From contig JBEBRW010000010.1 of NCBI GenBank assembly GCA_040394635.1, positions 39,340 through 103,339 on the forward strand: DNA of 64,000 bases. Reading direction: 5' to 3'. The translations under genes were made by a program, and so were the position numbers. This document shows, piece after piece, positions 56,532 through 64,000 of the stretch. The notes beneath the pieces were generated by a model. It saw only the letters and a list, made by a program, of their open reading frames with translations, searched no databases and was not told where the DNA came from. Each line of letters begins with the position of its first letter. Within the stretch, counting starts at the first letter, position 1. Source of the stretch: Victivallis vadensis. Lineage in GTDB: Bacteria; Verrucomicrobiota; Lentisphaeria; Victivallales; Victivallaceae.

Positions 56532-56990
56532 ATGAGAAAGTACTGTTTATTGCCGGCTTTGGCCCTGTTGGCGCTGGTCCTTCCGGGCTGTCAGGATTCC
56601 GTAAACGCGGTAGAGGCGGAAAACAAGACCATGACGGTCAACACGATTTCGGACACACGCTATGTGACCGACAGTTTCCTGCGTGACCGCCTGCGCCTGA
56701 CCGGCGTCAATGTCTCGGAAACGCCCGAGGGGCTGATGCGGGCGCAGCTCACTGCCGTAAACGTCCGTACCGGCGTCCTCGCCCAGGCCTGGAGCTCCCT
56801 GACCAACGACAATCCGTATAAGGTCCAGTACAAATTCACCTGGTTCGACCTGAACGGCATGGAAGTGCCGTCCATCGTCTCGACCTGGCACGACCGCCAG
56901 ATCATTCCCGGTGAAACCGTCCAGTTCCAGTCCGTGGCCCCGCGCAAGGACTGCAAAGATTTTCGTATTGAACTCAAAGAAGCAAAATAA
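56532..56990 (+). CDS. YcfL-like (DUF1425-type) lipoprotein (operon gene 4)
   Basis: Lipobox LPGCQD, about 150 aa. The pattern YKVQYKFTWFDLNGMEV...W....I.PGETV.F.SVAP is YcfL-like. Confidence 0.7.
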   Translation: MRKYCLLPALALLALVLPGCQDSVNAVEAENKTMTVNTISDTRYVTDSFLRDRLRLTGVNVSETPEGLMRAQLTAVNVRTGVLAQAWSSLTNDNPYKVQYKFTWFDLNGMEVPSIVSTWHDRQIIPGETVQFQSVAPRKDCKDFRIELKEAK

Positions 56991-57003
56991 GGAGGCCCGA
57001 ACC

Positions 57004-57651
57004 ATGAGAAACCCCGTATACCTGATTGCATTTGTCCTGTCCGCCGGGCTGCTGGCAGGCTGCAGCAGCACCAAAACCGAAACCTACAACCCGGGCAATC
57101 CCTCGGAGAGCAAGGTTCGCGCCATCGGCACCGTGTCGTACGCCGAATGCTACGAGGCCGCCCGCGCCTCGGCCCAGAGCGCCCTCACCAGCCCGAATTT
57201 CACCCGCTTCCTCTCCCAGTACCGCACGGAAAAAGCCGACCAGAACGCCATTCCGCTGATGCAGGTCGGTTACCTGAAAAACCAGACCCGCGATCCCGAT
57301 CTGCAGATGAATCTGGTTACCGACGAGCTCTGCACGGCGCTGATGAATTCCGGTTTAGTCGATATCACGCTGGCCACCGGCCGCGACGTCTCCCAGACCT
57401 TTGCCGACGCCCGCGACCTGAAAAACGACCCGAACTTCAACAAATCCACCGTGGCCCCGAAGGGCACACTGGAAGCTCCCCGGCTGAGCATGGAAGGCGC
57501 CATCATCTCCAACACCACCACCGAGGGCGGCACCACCGAGCAGGTCTATACCTTCAACCTCCGGATCGCCGACATCCAGACCGGTCGCGTGATCTGGTCG
57601 GACAACCAGAAGTTCGGCACCCGGAAAACCCGCAGCGTGGTCGGCTGGTAA
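57004..57651 (+). CDS. LpoB-like lipoprotein (operon gene 5)
   Basis: The ATG at 57004 follows AAGGAGG. Lipobox LLAGCSS. Motifs are LMQVGYLKNQT, LVTDELCTALMNSG, LEAPRLSMEGAI and the final IADIQTGRVIWS. Confidence 0.7.
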   Translation: MRNPVYLIAFVLSAGLLAGCSSTKTETYNPGNPSESKVRAIGTVSYAECYEAARASAQSALTSPNFTRFLSQYRTEKADQNAIPLMQVGYLKNQTRDPDLQMNLVTDELCTALMNSGLVDITLATGRDVSQTFADARDLKNDPNFNKSTVAPKGTLEAPRLSMEGAIISNTTTEGGTTEQVYTFNLRIADIQTGRVIWSDNQKFGTRKTRSVVGW

Positions 57652-57666
57652 GGCCGGGAGGTTCAT

Positions 57667-58452
57667 ATGAAAGCGTTATTTGCGATCATTCTGGCGGCGG
57701 CGGGGTTCATTCTCGCCGGCTGCAACAACAGCGCCAATTTTGATTACGCCGGTACCGCCGGCCCGATGATCAAAGTGTCGGGCAACACCGGCAAGAGTGT
57801 GGCGGTGCTGCCGTTCATGGACCAGCGCGGGCTCAAATACATCGATCCCTCGCTCCAGGCCGAAGCCAAGGACTACCCCTATGGCGACACCGGCTCGCTG
57901 TGGTTCGGCATCATCCCGCTGATGCCGTTCGGCTGGATCGGCAAGGAAGAACCGGAAAGCAGTACCGACTTCATTTCACTCGGTTATTTCCACGCCAATC
58001 CCTCGCAGGACCTGGCCGCCGCCGCCGAACTCAGCTTGAAGTATTCCAATATGTTCAACCGTGTGACCGGCGTCCCCAGCGCGTCCAAAGCGGATACCGA
58101 CTACATCTGGCAAGGCAGTTTCTCCAACCTGCATTACAGCGGCGTCATGTTCTCCTATTGCGTGACCTATATCGGCGCGCCGGTGTTCTGGCTGCTCGGC
58201 GCCCCGATGGGCTACTCGCGCAATGAATTGTGGGTGGATTTCGCCCTGATCGAACGCGAGAGCGGCAAAACTGTCTGGACCTACCGTTACCGCGACAAGG
58301 ACTACGTGGTGCACTGGATTTACGCCCGCATCGGCAAAGACGCCAGTCTCTACGCCCAGCTGATGCGCAAGGCCATGAATGCCGCGCTCTACGACCTGAA
58401 CCAGAAATATCTCCCGCTTTCCACGGTTCAACATCTCCCGTCCAAGCTTTAA
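57667..58452 (+). CDS. Lipoprotein of unknown function with an LpoB/CsgG-like N-terminal strand motif (operon gene 6)
   Basis: Lipobox ILAGCNN. SVAVLPFMDQ motif. Confidence 0.7.
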   Translation: MKALFAIILAAAGFILAGCNNSANFDYAGTAGPMIKVSGNTGKSVAVLPFMDQRGLKYIDPSLQAEAKDYPYGDTGSLWFGIIPLMPFGWIGKEEPESSTDFISLGYFHANPSQDLAAAAELSLKYSNMFNRVTGVPSASKADTDYIWQGSFSNLHYSGVMFSYCVTYIGAPVFWLLGAPMGYSRNELWVDFALIERESGKTVWTYRYRDKDYVVHWIYARIGKDASLYAQLMRKAMNAALYDLNQKYLPLSTVQHLPSKL

Positions 58453-58467
58453 CCCTGCTTATTACTC

Positions 58468-58510
58468 ACCGGCCCCGGTTGTTTTTTCAGCCGCGGCCGG
58501 TTCTTTTTTT
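58468..58510 (+). terminator. Rho-independent terminator of the lipoprotein operon
   Basis: ACCGGCCCCGG-N12-CCGCGGCCGGT (an 11-bp stem with one mismatch), followed by TCTTTTTTT. Confidence 0.65.
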
Positions 58511-58531
58511 CTTATTTTTTCATTTGTCCTA

Positions 58532-58560
58532 TTGACAACTGGCGGTTTTTCGGTTATAAT
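58532..58560 (+). promoter_or_regulatory. Consensus sigma70-type promoter TTGACA-17-TATAAT
   Basis: Both hexamers are perfect (58532..58537 and 58555..58560) with a 17-nt spacer, 55 nt upstream of the regulator ATG. Confidence 0.6.
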
Positions 58561-58614
58561 ATTGCCAAGTTAAATTAAATAGCATTAGCACTTTTAGCAA
58601 TTTAAAGAATAATC

Positions 58615-59718
58615 ATGGCAGAAACATTATTTGAAGAGAGTCGCCGGTATATCCTCGAAAAGATGCGTGGCATCCTGCGCGAGGGCGGACGGAAAATGCC
58701 GACCGAAAAGGAGTTGGCCGGGGAAATGTTCGCCAGTTATGCCACCATCCGGCTGGTAATGGGCGAGCTGGAGCGCGAGGGATTCATCCGCAAAATCCGC
58801 GGCTCCGGCACTTATCTTGAACCGGGCGCGACGGAGCTTCTGGAGCGCGCCTCCCTCGTCCGGCTGCGGCTTTTCAGCTCGCCGCTCACCGGAACACCCG
58901 ACAACGATTATGCCGCTTATCTGGTCGACGAACTGACGCGCCGGGCCGGGGAAAAACGCTTCCGGGTGGAGCACCGCCAGGTGGCTACTCACGACGCCTT
59001 TCTGGCCGAGCTCGACAAGGAAGCGGGCTCCTGCGATCCGGTCATCTATCTCCCGCCGACCGAAGCGTTTACGATGCAGCAGCTCGGCAGGCTCGGCCGT
59101 TTCGACCGCCTTCCGCTGGTGGTTATCGACTGCGAGCTCGGCAATATCAATGTCAACAACATCACCACCGACAACCGCAAGGGCGGAATGCTGGCTGCGC
59201 GCATGCTGCTCAATAGCGGCTGCCGCAAACTGGCGCTGCTGCTGTGCGAGCCGCCGCTTCGCCAGATCTCCCAGCGTGTTCAGGGATTCACCGAAATCGC
59301 GGAACTGGCCGGTGTGGATGTCGAAATCTGGGACTGCGAAGTCCGGGTAAACGACGACCGTGCCGCGCTGGCACGACAGAAGACCCTGACGGCCCTGCGG
59401 GCGGGACACCGCCCGGACGGCATTTTCGCCGTCTCCGACTCGGGGGCCATCAGCGCGGCCGCGGCCATTCGCGAATCAGGTTTCGAGCCCGGCCGGGAAA
59501 TCGCACTGATCGGTTTTGACGGTCTTCCCGCGACGCGGAAGCACACCCCTTCCCTCGGGAGCATCGCGCAGCCGGTCACCGAAATCGGCGAAGAGATTTT
59601 CGCTCTCCTCGAGACCTGGCAACCGGGAATGCATATTCAGAAATTGCTCTCTCCGCGCTTCCAGGCCGGAGTATCATTGACCAAAAAAGAAGAAGCCATG
59701 TTGGCCCTTCCAACTTAA
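58615..59718 (+). CDS. GntR-type HTH fused to a LacI/PBP1-type sugar-binding domain (transcriptional regulator)
   Basis: [42 protein letters not shown]. The remainder resembles a periplasmic-binding-protein type I fold (VVIDCELG..., [13 protein letters not shown]). Confidence 0.8.
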   Translation: MAETLFEESRRYILEKMRGILREGGRKMPTEKELAGEMFASYATIRLVMGELEREGFIRKIRGSGTYLEPGATELLERASLVRLRLFSSPLTGTPDNDYAAYLVDELTRRAGEKRFRVEHRQVATHDAFLAELDKEAGSCDPVIYLPPTEAFTMQQLGRLGRFDRLPLVVIDCELGNINVNNITTDNRKGGMLAARMLLNSGCRKLALLLCEPPLRQISQRVQGFTEIAELAGVDVEIWDCEVRVNDDRAALARQKTLTALRAGHRPDGIFAVSDSGAISAAAAIRESGFEPGREIALIGFDGLPATRKHTPSLGSIAQPVTEIGEEIFALLETWQPGMHIQKLLSPRFQAGVSLTKKEEAMLALPT

Positions 59719-59734
59719 GATAAGGAATACGATA

Positions 59735-60430
59735 ATGAAAAGAAACAAATTCACACTTATTGAGCTTCTTGTAGTCATAGCGATCATCGCCATACTCGCA
59801 GCCATGCTGTTGCCGGCCCTGAATGCGGCGCGCGACCGTGCGAAATCGTCCAATTGCCTGGGGTTCCAGCGTCAACTGATCCAGGCCGAACTCATGTATG
59901 CGGACGACAATCAAAATCTGGTGACTCCGTTCAACCTGGGACCGAACTGGAGCGGACTGATCAAAGGCAAATGGTGGGTGAACCTGATTGCCGAGTCTTA
60001 CCTGCCGTATCCGGGCTGGCTAAACGGGGCTCCCGGAACCATGAATACAGCCGAGCAGAATGGCGACGTTAAAAGAGGCATTTACCGCTGTCCATCTGTC
60101 CCCCAGGGCTTTGAATGGGGCGGCGGCATCGGGATTTCCGCCGAAGGCAAACACCCCCTGACGAATTACGGCAAGGCGATCATGATCACCAAGATGCGGA
60201 ATCCCTCCAATCTGATCCTGCTCGGCGATTCGAGCCTGCAGAACGCGGACGGGACTATGGCGCCGTCGCGTCACATGAAGTGTCCGGACAATTGGACCGG
60301 CAGTACTTACCGCATGCATTTCCGCCACCTCGGGCGTGCCAATGGCGCGTTACTTGACGGACACGCAGAAAACCGCTCCGAGGAGCCCTGGAAAGAAGCC
60401 TTCCAGTGCGAAGACGGCGCGAAAATTTAA
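59735..60430 (+). CDS. Prepilin-type N-terminal cleavage/methylation domain protein (DUF1559-like pseudopilin)
   Basis: [30 protein letters not shown]-terminal [16 protein letters not shown]. Confidence 0.85.
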   Translation: MKRNKFTLIELLVVIAIIAILAAMLLPALNAARDRAKSSNCLGFQRQLIQAELMYADDNQNLVTPFNLGPNWSGLIKGKWWVNLIAESYLPYPGWLNGAPGTMNTAEQNGDVKRGIYRCPSVPQGFEWGGGIGISAEGKHPLTNYGKAIMITKMRNPSNLILLGDSSLQNADGTMAPSRHMKCPDNWTGSTYRMHFRHLGRANGALLDGHAENRSEEPWKEAFQCEDGAKI

Positions 60431-60446
60431 TACTGGAGACCGATTC

Positions 60447-62432
60447 ATGCGACACCTACCCCTCAGCCTCTTTTGTCTCGCCTATATCCTCATGCCCCTG
60501 CTCACCGCCGCACCGTCCATCGACCGATACGGCCAGTTCACCGGAGAAGAATGGCCGGAAAAGATAACCAGAGACGCCGAAATGCAATCCGATCTCAAAC
60601 AGGAATCCCGGGAACTCGCCGGCATCAAGCCCGATCTCATGAAATTTGACCGCTTCGGCGGACTCAGGGAAGGCGTACCGCAGGAGGCGACCGGCTTCTT
60701 CCGGGTCATGAAAATCGAAAACCGCTACTGGCTGATTTCGCCCGAGGGAAACCGCTTCTTCCTGAAAGGCGTTGACGCCGTTCCCTATCTGGAACGCGGC
60801 TATTTCACGGCGGCCAAAGAGGGCGATGGCAAAACCATCCGCAAGCAGTTCACGCAGGGCGCGCCTGACCGCCAGAAATATGCGGAAGCCTGGACCTCCG
60901 ACGGAAAACAGGTCAATTTCCTCGCAGCCAACCTCCAACGCAAATACGGCGAGAACTTCCGCGAGCGCTGGATGGATCTCACCGAAAAGCGCCTGCTGGA
61001 CTGGGGTTTCAACTCCTCCGGCAAGTGGAACAATCCTTTTGTTTTCGATCGCCTGCCCTTTCTGCTGGATTCCGGTTTGCCGGTTCGCAAACTCGACCGT
61101 TTCATCGACCCCTTCGACCCGAATTTCGCCGCAAAAGTGGACGCCCACATACAGAAAATCGCCGCCCGGTTCCGCGACAATCCCTTCCTGATCGGCTATC
61201 AATTCGAAAACGAAAACGGCTGGAGCCGCAACACCCCGCTCCTGTTCCTCAAGGACCGCTCCGGCATGGAGGCCAAACGCGCCTTGCTCGCGTTTCTCGC
61301 CGAGCGTAACGACGGCGATGCGGGCAAACTTTTCGACCAGCCCGGAGCGGCAATGGATGTACTGATGAAGCAGGCGCTTGATGGCGCCAAACTGCCCCGG
61401 GAACAACTTTCCGAATTCATCAAAATGGCTTCGCAGCGGTATCATTCGATTCTGGCGGGAAGTCTCCGGAAGTACGATTCCAATCACCTGTTTCTCGCAG
61501 CCTCGCACTGCGGTATCCAGAGCGTGGAATGGATCGAAAGCGGCCTGAATTATATCGATCTCCTGCCTCTGCACGAGTACAACCTTCATTCCCGCTGGAT
61601 CGGCGGTTTCCTGGCCGATTACCTGAAAAAATGGGATAAACCGTTTGCGGTACTGGAATACTCCTTCACTAACAGCAGGCGCGGGTTCAGTTCCTTCTCC
61701 AGTTCAATCACGGTTGAGACGGAAGCGGACCGCGGCCGGGCATTTCAAATCTACACCGAGCAGTTGGCAAGCAATCCGTTATGTGTCGGAATGAGCTATT
61801 TCATTATGTACGACCAGCCGGTTACCAGCCGCGGGCACGATGCGGAGGCCTTCAGTTTCGGGCTGATCAATGTGGTGGATCGTCCCTACCGGGAAATGCT
61901 GTCTATCGTCAAAGAGGCCAATGCCAGACTGTTCGATATCCACGCCGGTAAGCTCGAACCAACCAAGATGCTGCCGCTGCTGAAAGAGGCACGGAACACA
62001 AAAGAATTCCTGCCGGGCTCCCTGGGCGATGTCCGGTTCGACAGCAGCAACCCGCAGTTCCATCACAGCCGCATCGACCGGATTCGCTTTTCCGACAATG
62101 CTCCGCTTGGGGTGCCGCTCCCGGCCGGGACCATCGATGCCGGCAAGCCGGACGGGTTCCAGAAACTCGAGTTTTATGTGTTCCTGTGGAAGACCGAAAA
62201 GAACCGGAACCTGGACGACTGGTTCAGCCTGGAAGAATCCGCCGACAATATCACCTTTGAGCCGACTGCCGCAAAATTCCGTCTCTACCGCGACGGCACG
62301 TTCTGTGAATATATCATGACCGCAAAATCCCTGAAGCCAACCACCCGGTATGTCCGGCTGAACTTCATCCTCCACAATCCGGCAGCCTCATGGACGACCT
62401 CGCTGGCGGAGGTGCGCGTCGAACGGCGCTGA
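60447..62432 (+). CDS. Secreted glycoside-hydrolase-like protein (clan GH-A TIM-barrel candidate) with a C-terminal beta-sandwich region
   Basis: The ATG at 60447 gives the signal peptide MRHLPLSLFCLAYILMPLLTAAPS. The Asn-Glu motif IGYQFENENGW is typical of GH-A acid/base sites. Family not assignable by eye. Confidence 0.6.
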   Translation: MRHLPLSLFCLAYILMPLLTAAPSIDRYGQFTGEEWPEKITRDAEMQSDLKQESRELAGIKPDLMKFDRFGGLREGVPQEATGFFRVMKIENRYWLISPEGNRFFLKGVDAVPYLERGYFTAAKEGDGKTIRKQFTQGAPDRQKYAEAWTSDGKQVNFLAANLQRKYGENFRERWMDLTEKRLLDWGFNSSGKWNNPFVFDRLPFLLDSGLPVRKLDRFIDPFDPNFAAKVDAHIQKIAARFRDNPFLIGYQFENENGWSRNTPLLFLKDRSGMEAKRALLAFLAERNDGDAGKLFDQPGAAMDVLMKQALDGAKLPREQLSEFIKMASQRYHSILAGSLRKYDSNHLFLAASHCGIQSVEWIESGLNYIDLLPLHEYNLHSRWIGGFLADYLKKWDKPFAVLEYSFTNSRRGFSSFSSSITVETEADRGRAFQIYTEQLASNPLCVGMSYFIMYDQPVTSRGHDAEAFSFGLINVVDRPYREMLSIVKEANARLFDIHAGKLEPTKMLPLLKEARNTKEFLPGSLGDVRFDSSNPQFHHSRIDRIRFSDNAPLGVPLPAGTIDAGKPDGFQKLEFYVFLWKTEKNRNLDDWFSLEESADNITFEPTAAKFRLYRDGTFCEYIMTAKSLKPTTRYVRLNFILHNPAASWTTSLAEVRVERR

Positions 62433-62436
62433 GCGA

Positions 62437-62958
62437 TTAATTCTCACCGGCCCCGGTTGTTTTTTCAGCCGCGGCCGGTTCTTCGGCTTTGATCAGGGCG
62501 GCGTTGGGAATGGCGTAGCGGCTGGGGTCGTGCCCGTTATGAACCGGAATCTCCACCTTGCCTGCCGGATATTGGCGGCTGTAGACGAAATCCCGCCCCT
62601 CGGCCATATTGTATTTCCATTTCACGAACTGGTCCTTTTCCAGTTTCCACTCCTTGGAAAGATCCACTTTGCCGTGGTCCTCGACCAGCATATACACCGT
62701 GGCCGGTTTGTCGATGGTAAACGAATACCCCGCCGTCGGAGCATTTCCCACGCCGCGCGGCACCGATATCATCTGCAATCCATTCAACATCTCCGGTACC
62801 GCGGTAATCGACGCGCCGTATTTATTGTTCGTCCGGTCCTTGCTGTTCATCCCCATCCGGGAAATTTTGGCATTGCCGGGCAGGTTCGATATCTGCACAT
62901 CGGCGGCCAGAAGCAGCGCCGAGACTCCCAGGAACATCACGCAGCATAACGCTTTCAT
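62437..62958 (-). CDS. Secreted hypothetical protein (173 aa)
   Basis: Signal peptide MKALCCVMFLGVSALLLAADV. Its ATG overlaps the stop of the upstream HlyD-like gene (TGATG). Confidence 0.65.
   Translation of the reverse strand: MKALCCVMFLGVSALLLAADVQISNLPGNAKISRMGMNSKDRTNNKYGASITAVPEMLNGLQMISVPRGVGNAPTAGYSFTIDKPATVYMLVEDHGKVDLSKEWKLEKDQFVKWKYNMAEGRDFVYSRQYPAGKVEIPVHNGHDPSRYAIPNAALIKAEEPAAAEKTTGAGEN
62443..62483. repeat. 41-nt exact copy of 58465..58505 (terminator hairpin module)
   Basis: ctcaccggccccggttgttttttcagccgcggccggttctt is identical at both sites. Here it also encodes the last 14 codons of the minus-strand gene 62437..62958. Confidence 0.9.
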
Positions 62959-64000
62959 CAGAATGTCAGCTCCTTCTGCAATACCGACAGCACCGCGCGC
63001 AGCGCATTGCCGCCGATCGACGAATAACGCTTCAGCCAGACCGTGCCGCTGCGCCCGATCGCCAGCCCCTGCTGCGAGTCAGGCGTGATTTCGATCTGGT
63101 AATAAGACTCCAGCGGCCGGTACATATTTGTGCCTTCGACCGGAAGGCACGGAATCGGCCCTCCGAAAATATTCAACAACGGCGAAGGCGGCAGCAGAGC
63201 CGGCAGCGGGCTGGCGTAAGTCACCGCGCCGGAATGCCGGACCAACTGGTCCTTCAGCGCAATCGTCGCCCGCTGTTTGTCGGTAATGCCCTTGTAGTCG
63301 CTTTCCTTGACGAAGGCCACGATCTTCAGTTTGGACGAATCCACCACTTCGCCAATGACATCCCCCTTGCGCATCCACTTCCCTTCCTTCAGGTGCTGGT
63401 CATGCAAAGCGAAATTGCCGTCGATGGGATTGCTCACCGTCAGCAGGCTTTGCTTGCGCGCCAGCTCATCGATGCTCGCTTCGCTGTTCTGGTAGGCGAG
63501 CCACAATACCCGCGCATCCGGCAACGTCCTGGTGTCGCTCAACGATGAGTCGAATTCGATACCGCTGATCATCCGGTCGAGCTGTGCCTCCTGAATGGCC
63601 CACTGAAGATAAGGATTGTACTGGGTGAATACCTTTTCACCTTTCAGGATCCGCTGCCCGTTCGCCACCTTGAACGAGCCGAGATACCCGTCGATCTGGG
63701 CGTAGATCACGGCGGACTCGATCGGCCTGATCTCGCAGGGCATGGTCAAGTTCCATGGCAATGGCAACGCAATGATCAATATAATGATCAGGAAGCCAAT
63801 ACCGGAACCGATCAGGTTGGCCCGTTTGGTTTTCTTCAGCATGTGCATAATCGTTTTTACCTCCATATAAAACGGTCTGAAAATCAGCAGATACACTTCC
63901 AGGACCAACAGGATGATCCCGAGGGTTTTGGTGAATTTGAAATACACGATCAGGATAATCGACGTATACAGGAAAATCCGGTACACAAACGCACTGATAC
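62958..64000 (-). CDS. HlyD-family membrane-fusion-like protein preceded by TM segments; the N-terminus lies beyond the right window edge
   Basis: The frame is still open at nt 64000. Its TM helices are followed by a barrel-sandwich-like region (IYAQIDGYLGSFKVANGQRILKGEKVF ... GDVIGEVVDSSKLKIVAFV). Confidence 0.7.
   Translation of the reverse strand, partial: ISAFVYRIFLYTSIILIVYFKFTKTLGIILLVLEVYLLIFRPFYMEVKTIMHMLKKTKRANLIGSGIGFLIIILIIALPLPWNLTMPCEIRPIESAVIYAQIDGYLGSFKVANGQRILKGEKVFTQYNPYLQWAIQEAQLDRMISGIEFDSSLSDTRTLPDARVLWLAYQNSEASIDELARKQSLLTVSNPIDGNFALHDQHLKEGKWMRKGDVIGEVVDSSKLKIVAFVKESDYKGITDKQRATIALKDQLVRHSGAVTYASPLPALLPPSPLLNIFGGPIPCLPVEGTNMYRPLESYYQIEITPDSQQGLAIGRSGTVWLKRYSSIGGNALRAVLSVLQKELTF

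Overview
This 64-kb window looks like a gene-dense, fairly high-GC (by eye) bacterial chromosome. I found no rRNA, tRNA or CRISPR array. Three genes encode proteins with a prepilin-type N-terminal methylation motif ([17 protein letters not shown]) and a C-terminal H-x9-DG-H box. That combination suggests a PVC-superphylum organism (Lentisphaerota, Kiritimatiellota or Planctomycetota-like); this is inference only. Recognisable housekeeping genes are aspS, argH, murE, a dinG-type helicase and UDP-glucuronate decarboxylase. Envelope and glycan genes include an ABC-2 exporter, a Ser/Thr kinase-deacetylase-AsnB-like operon, a DegT/oxidoreductase/creatininase/ROK cluster, and a GntR-LacI regulator followed by a pseudopilin and a glycoside hydrolase. 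Three things stand out. (1) An 11.6-kb island (3995-15625) holds only tailed-phage structural genes, in two divergent operons. Rightward are scaffold, capsid and adaptor genes. Leftward are a tail tube, a G/GT-type chaperone pair with an A_AAA_AAA -1 slip site, a very short protein at the tape-measure position, a hub-like protein, a 914-aa protein with about 46 tandem tetrapeptide units, a glycosyltransferase fusion, a collagen-like fibre and a lipoprotein. I see no portal, terminase, protease, integrase, lysis or replication gene. It is therefore either a domesticated GTA-like particle locus or an unusually well-preserved prophage remnant. (2) A six-gene operon (52999-58452) encodes only secreted proteins and lipoproteins built around LpoB/CsgG-like, YcfL-like, TPR and PEGA modules. 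(3) A family of intergenic elements built from 9-nt-periodic GTCCGAC / GGAC arrays occurs at four loci. All family names come from motif recognition by eye and from memory; no searches were run. Many long ORFs in the supplied track are antisense shadows typical of high-GC DNA and were rejected.
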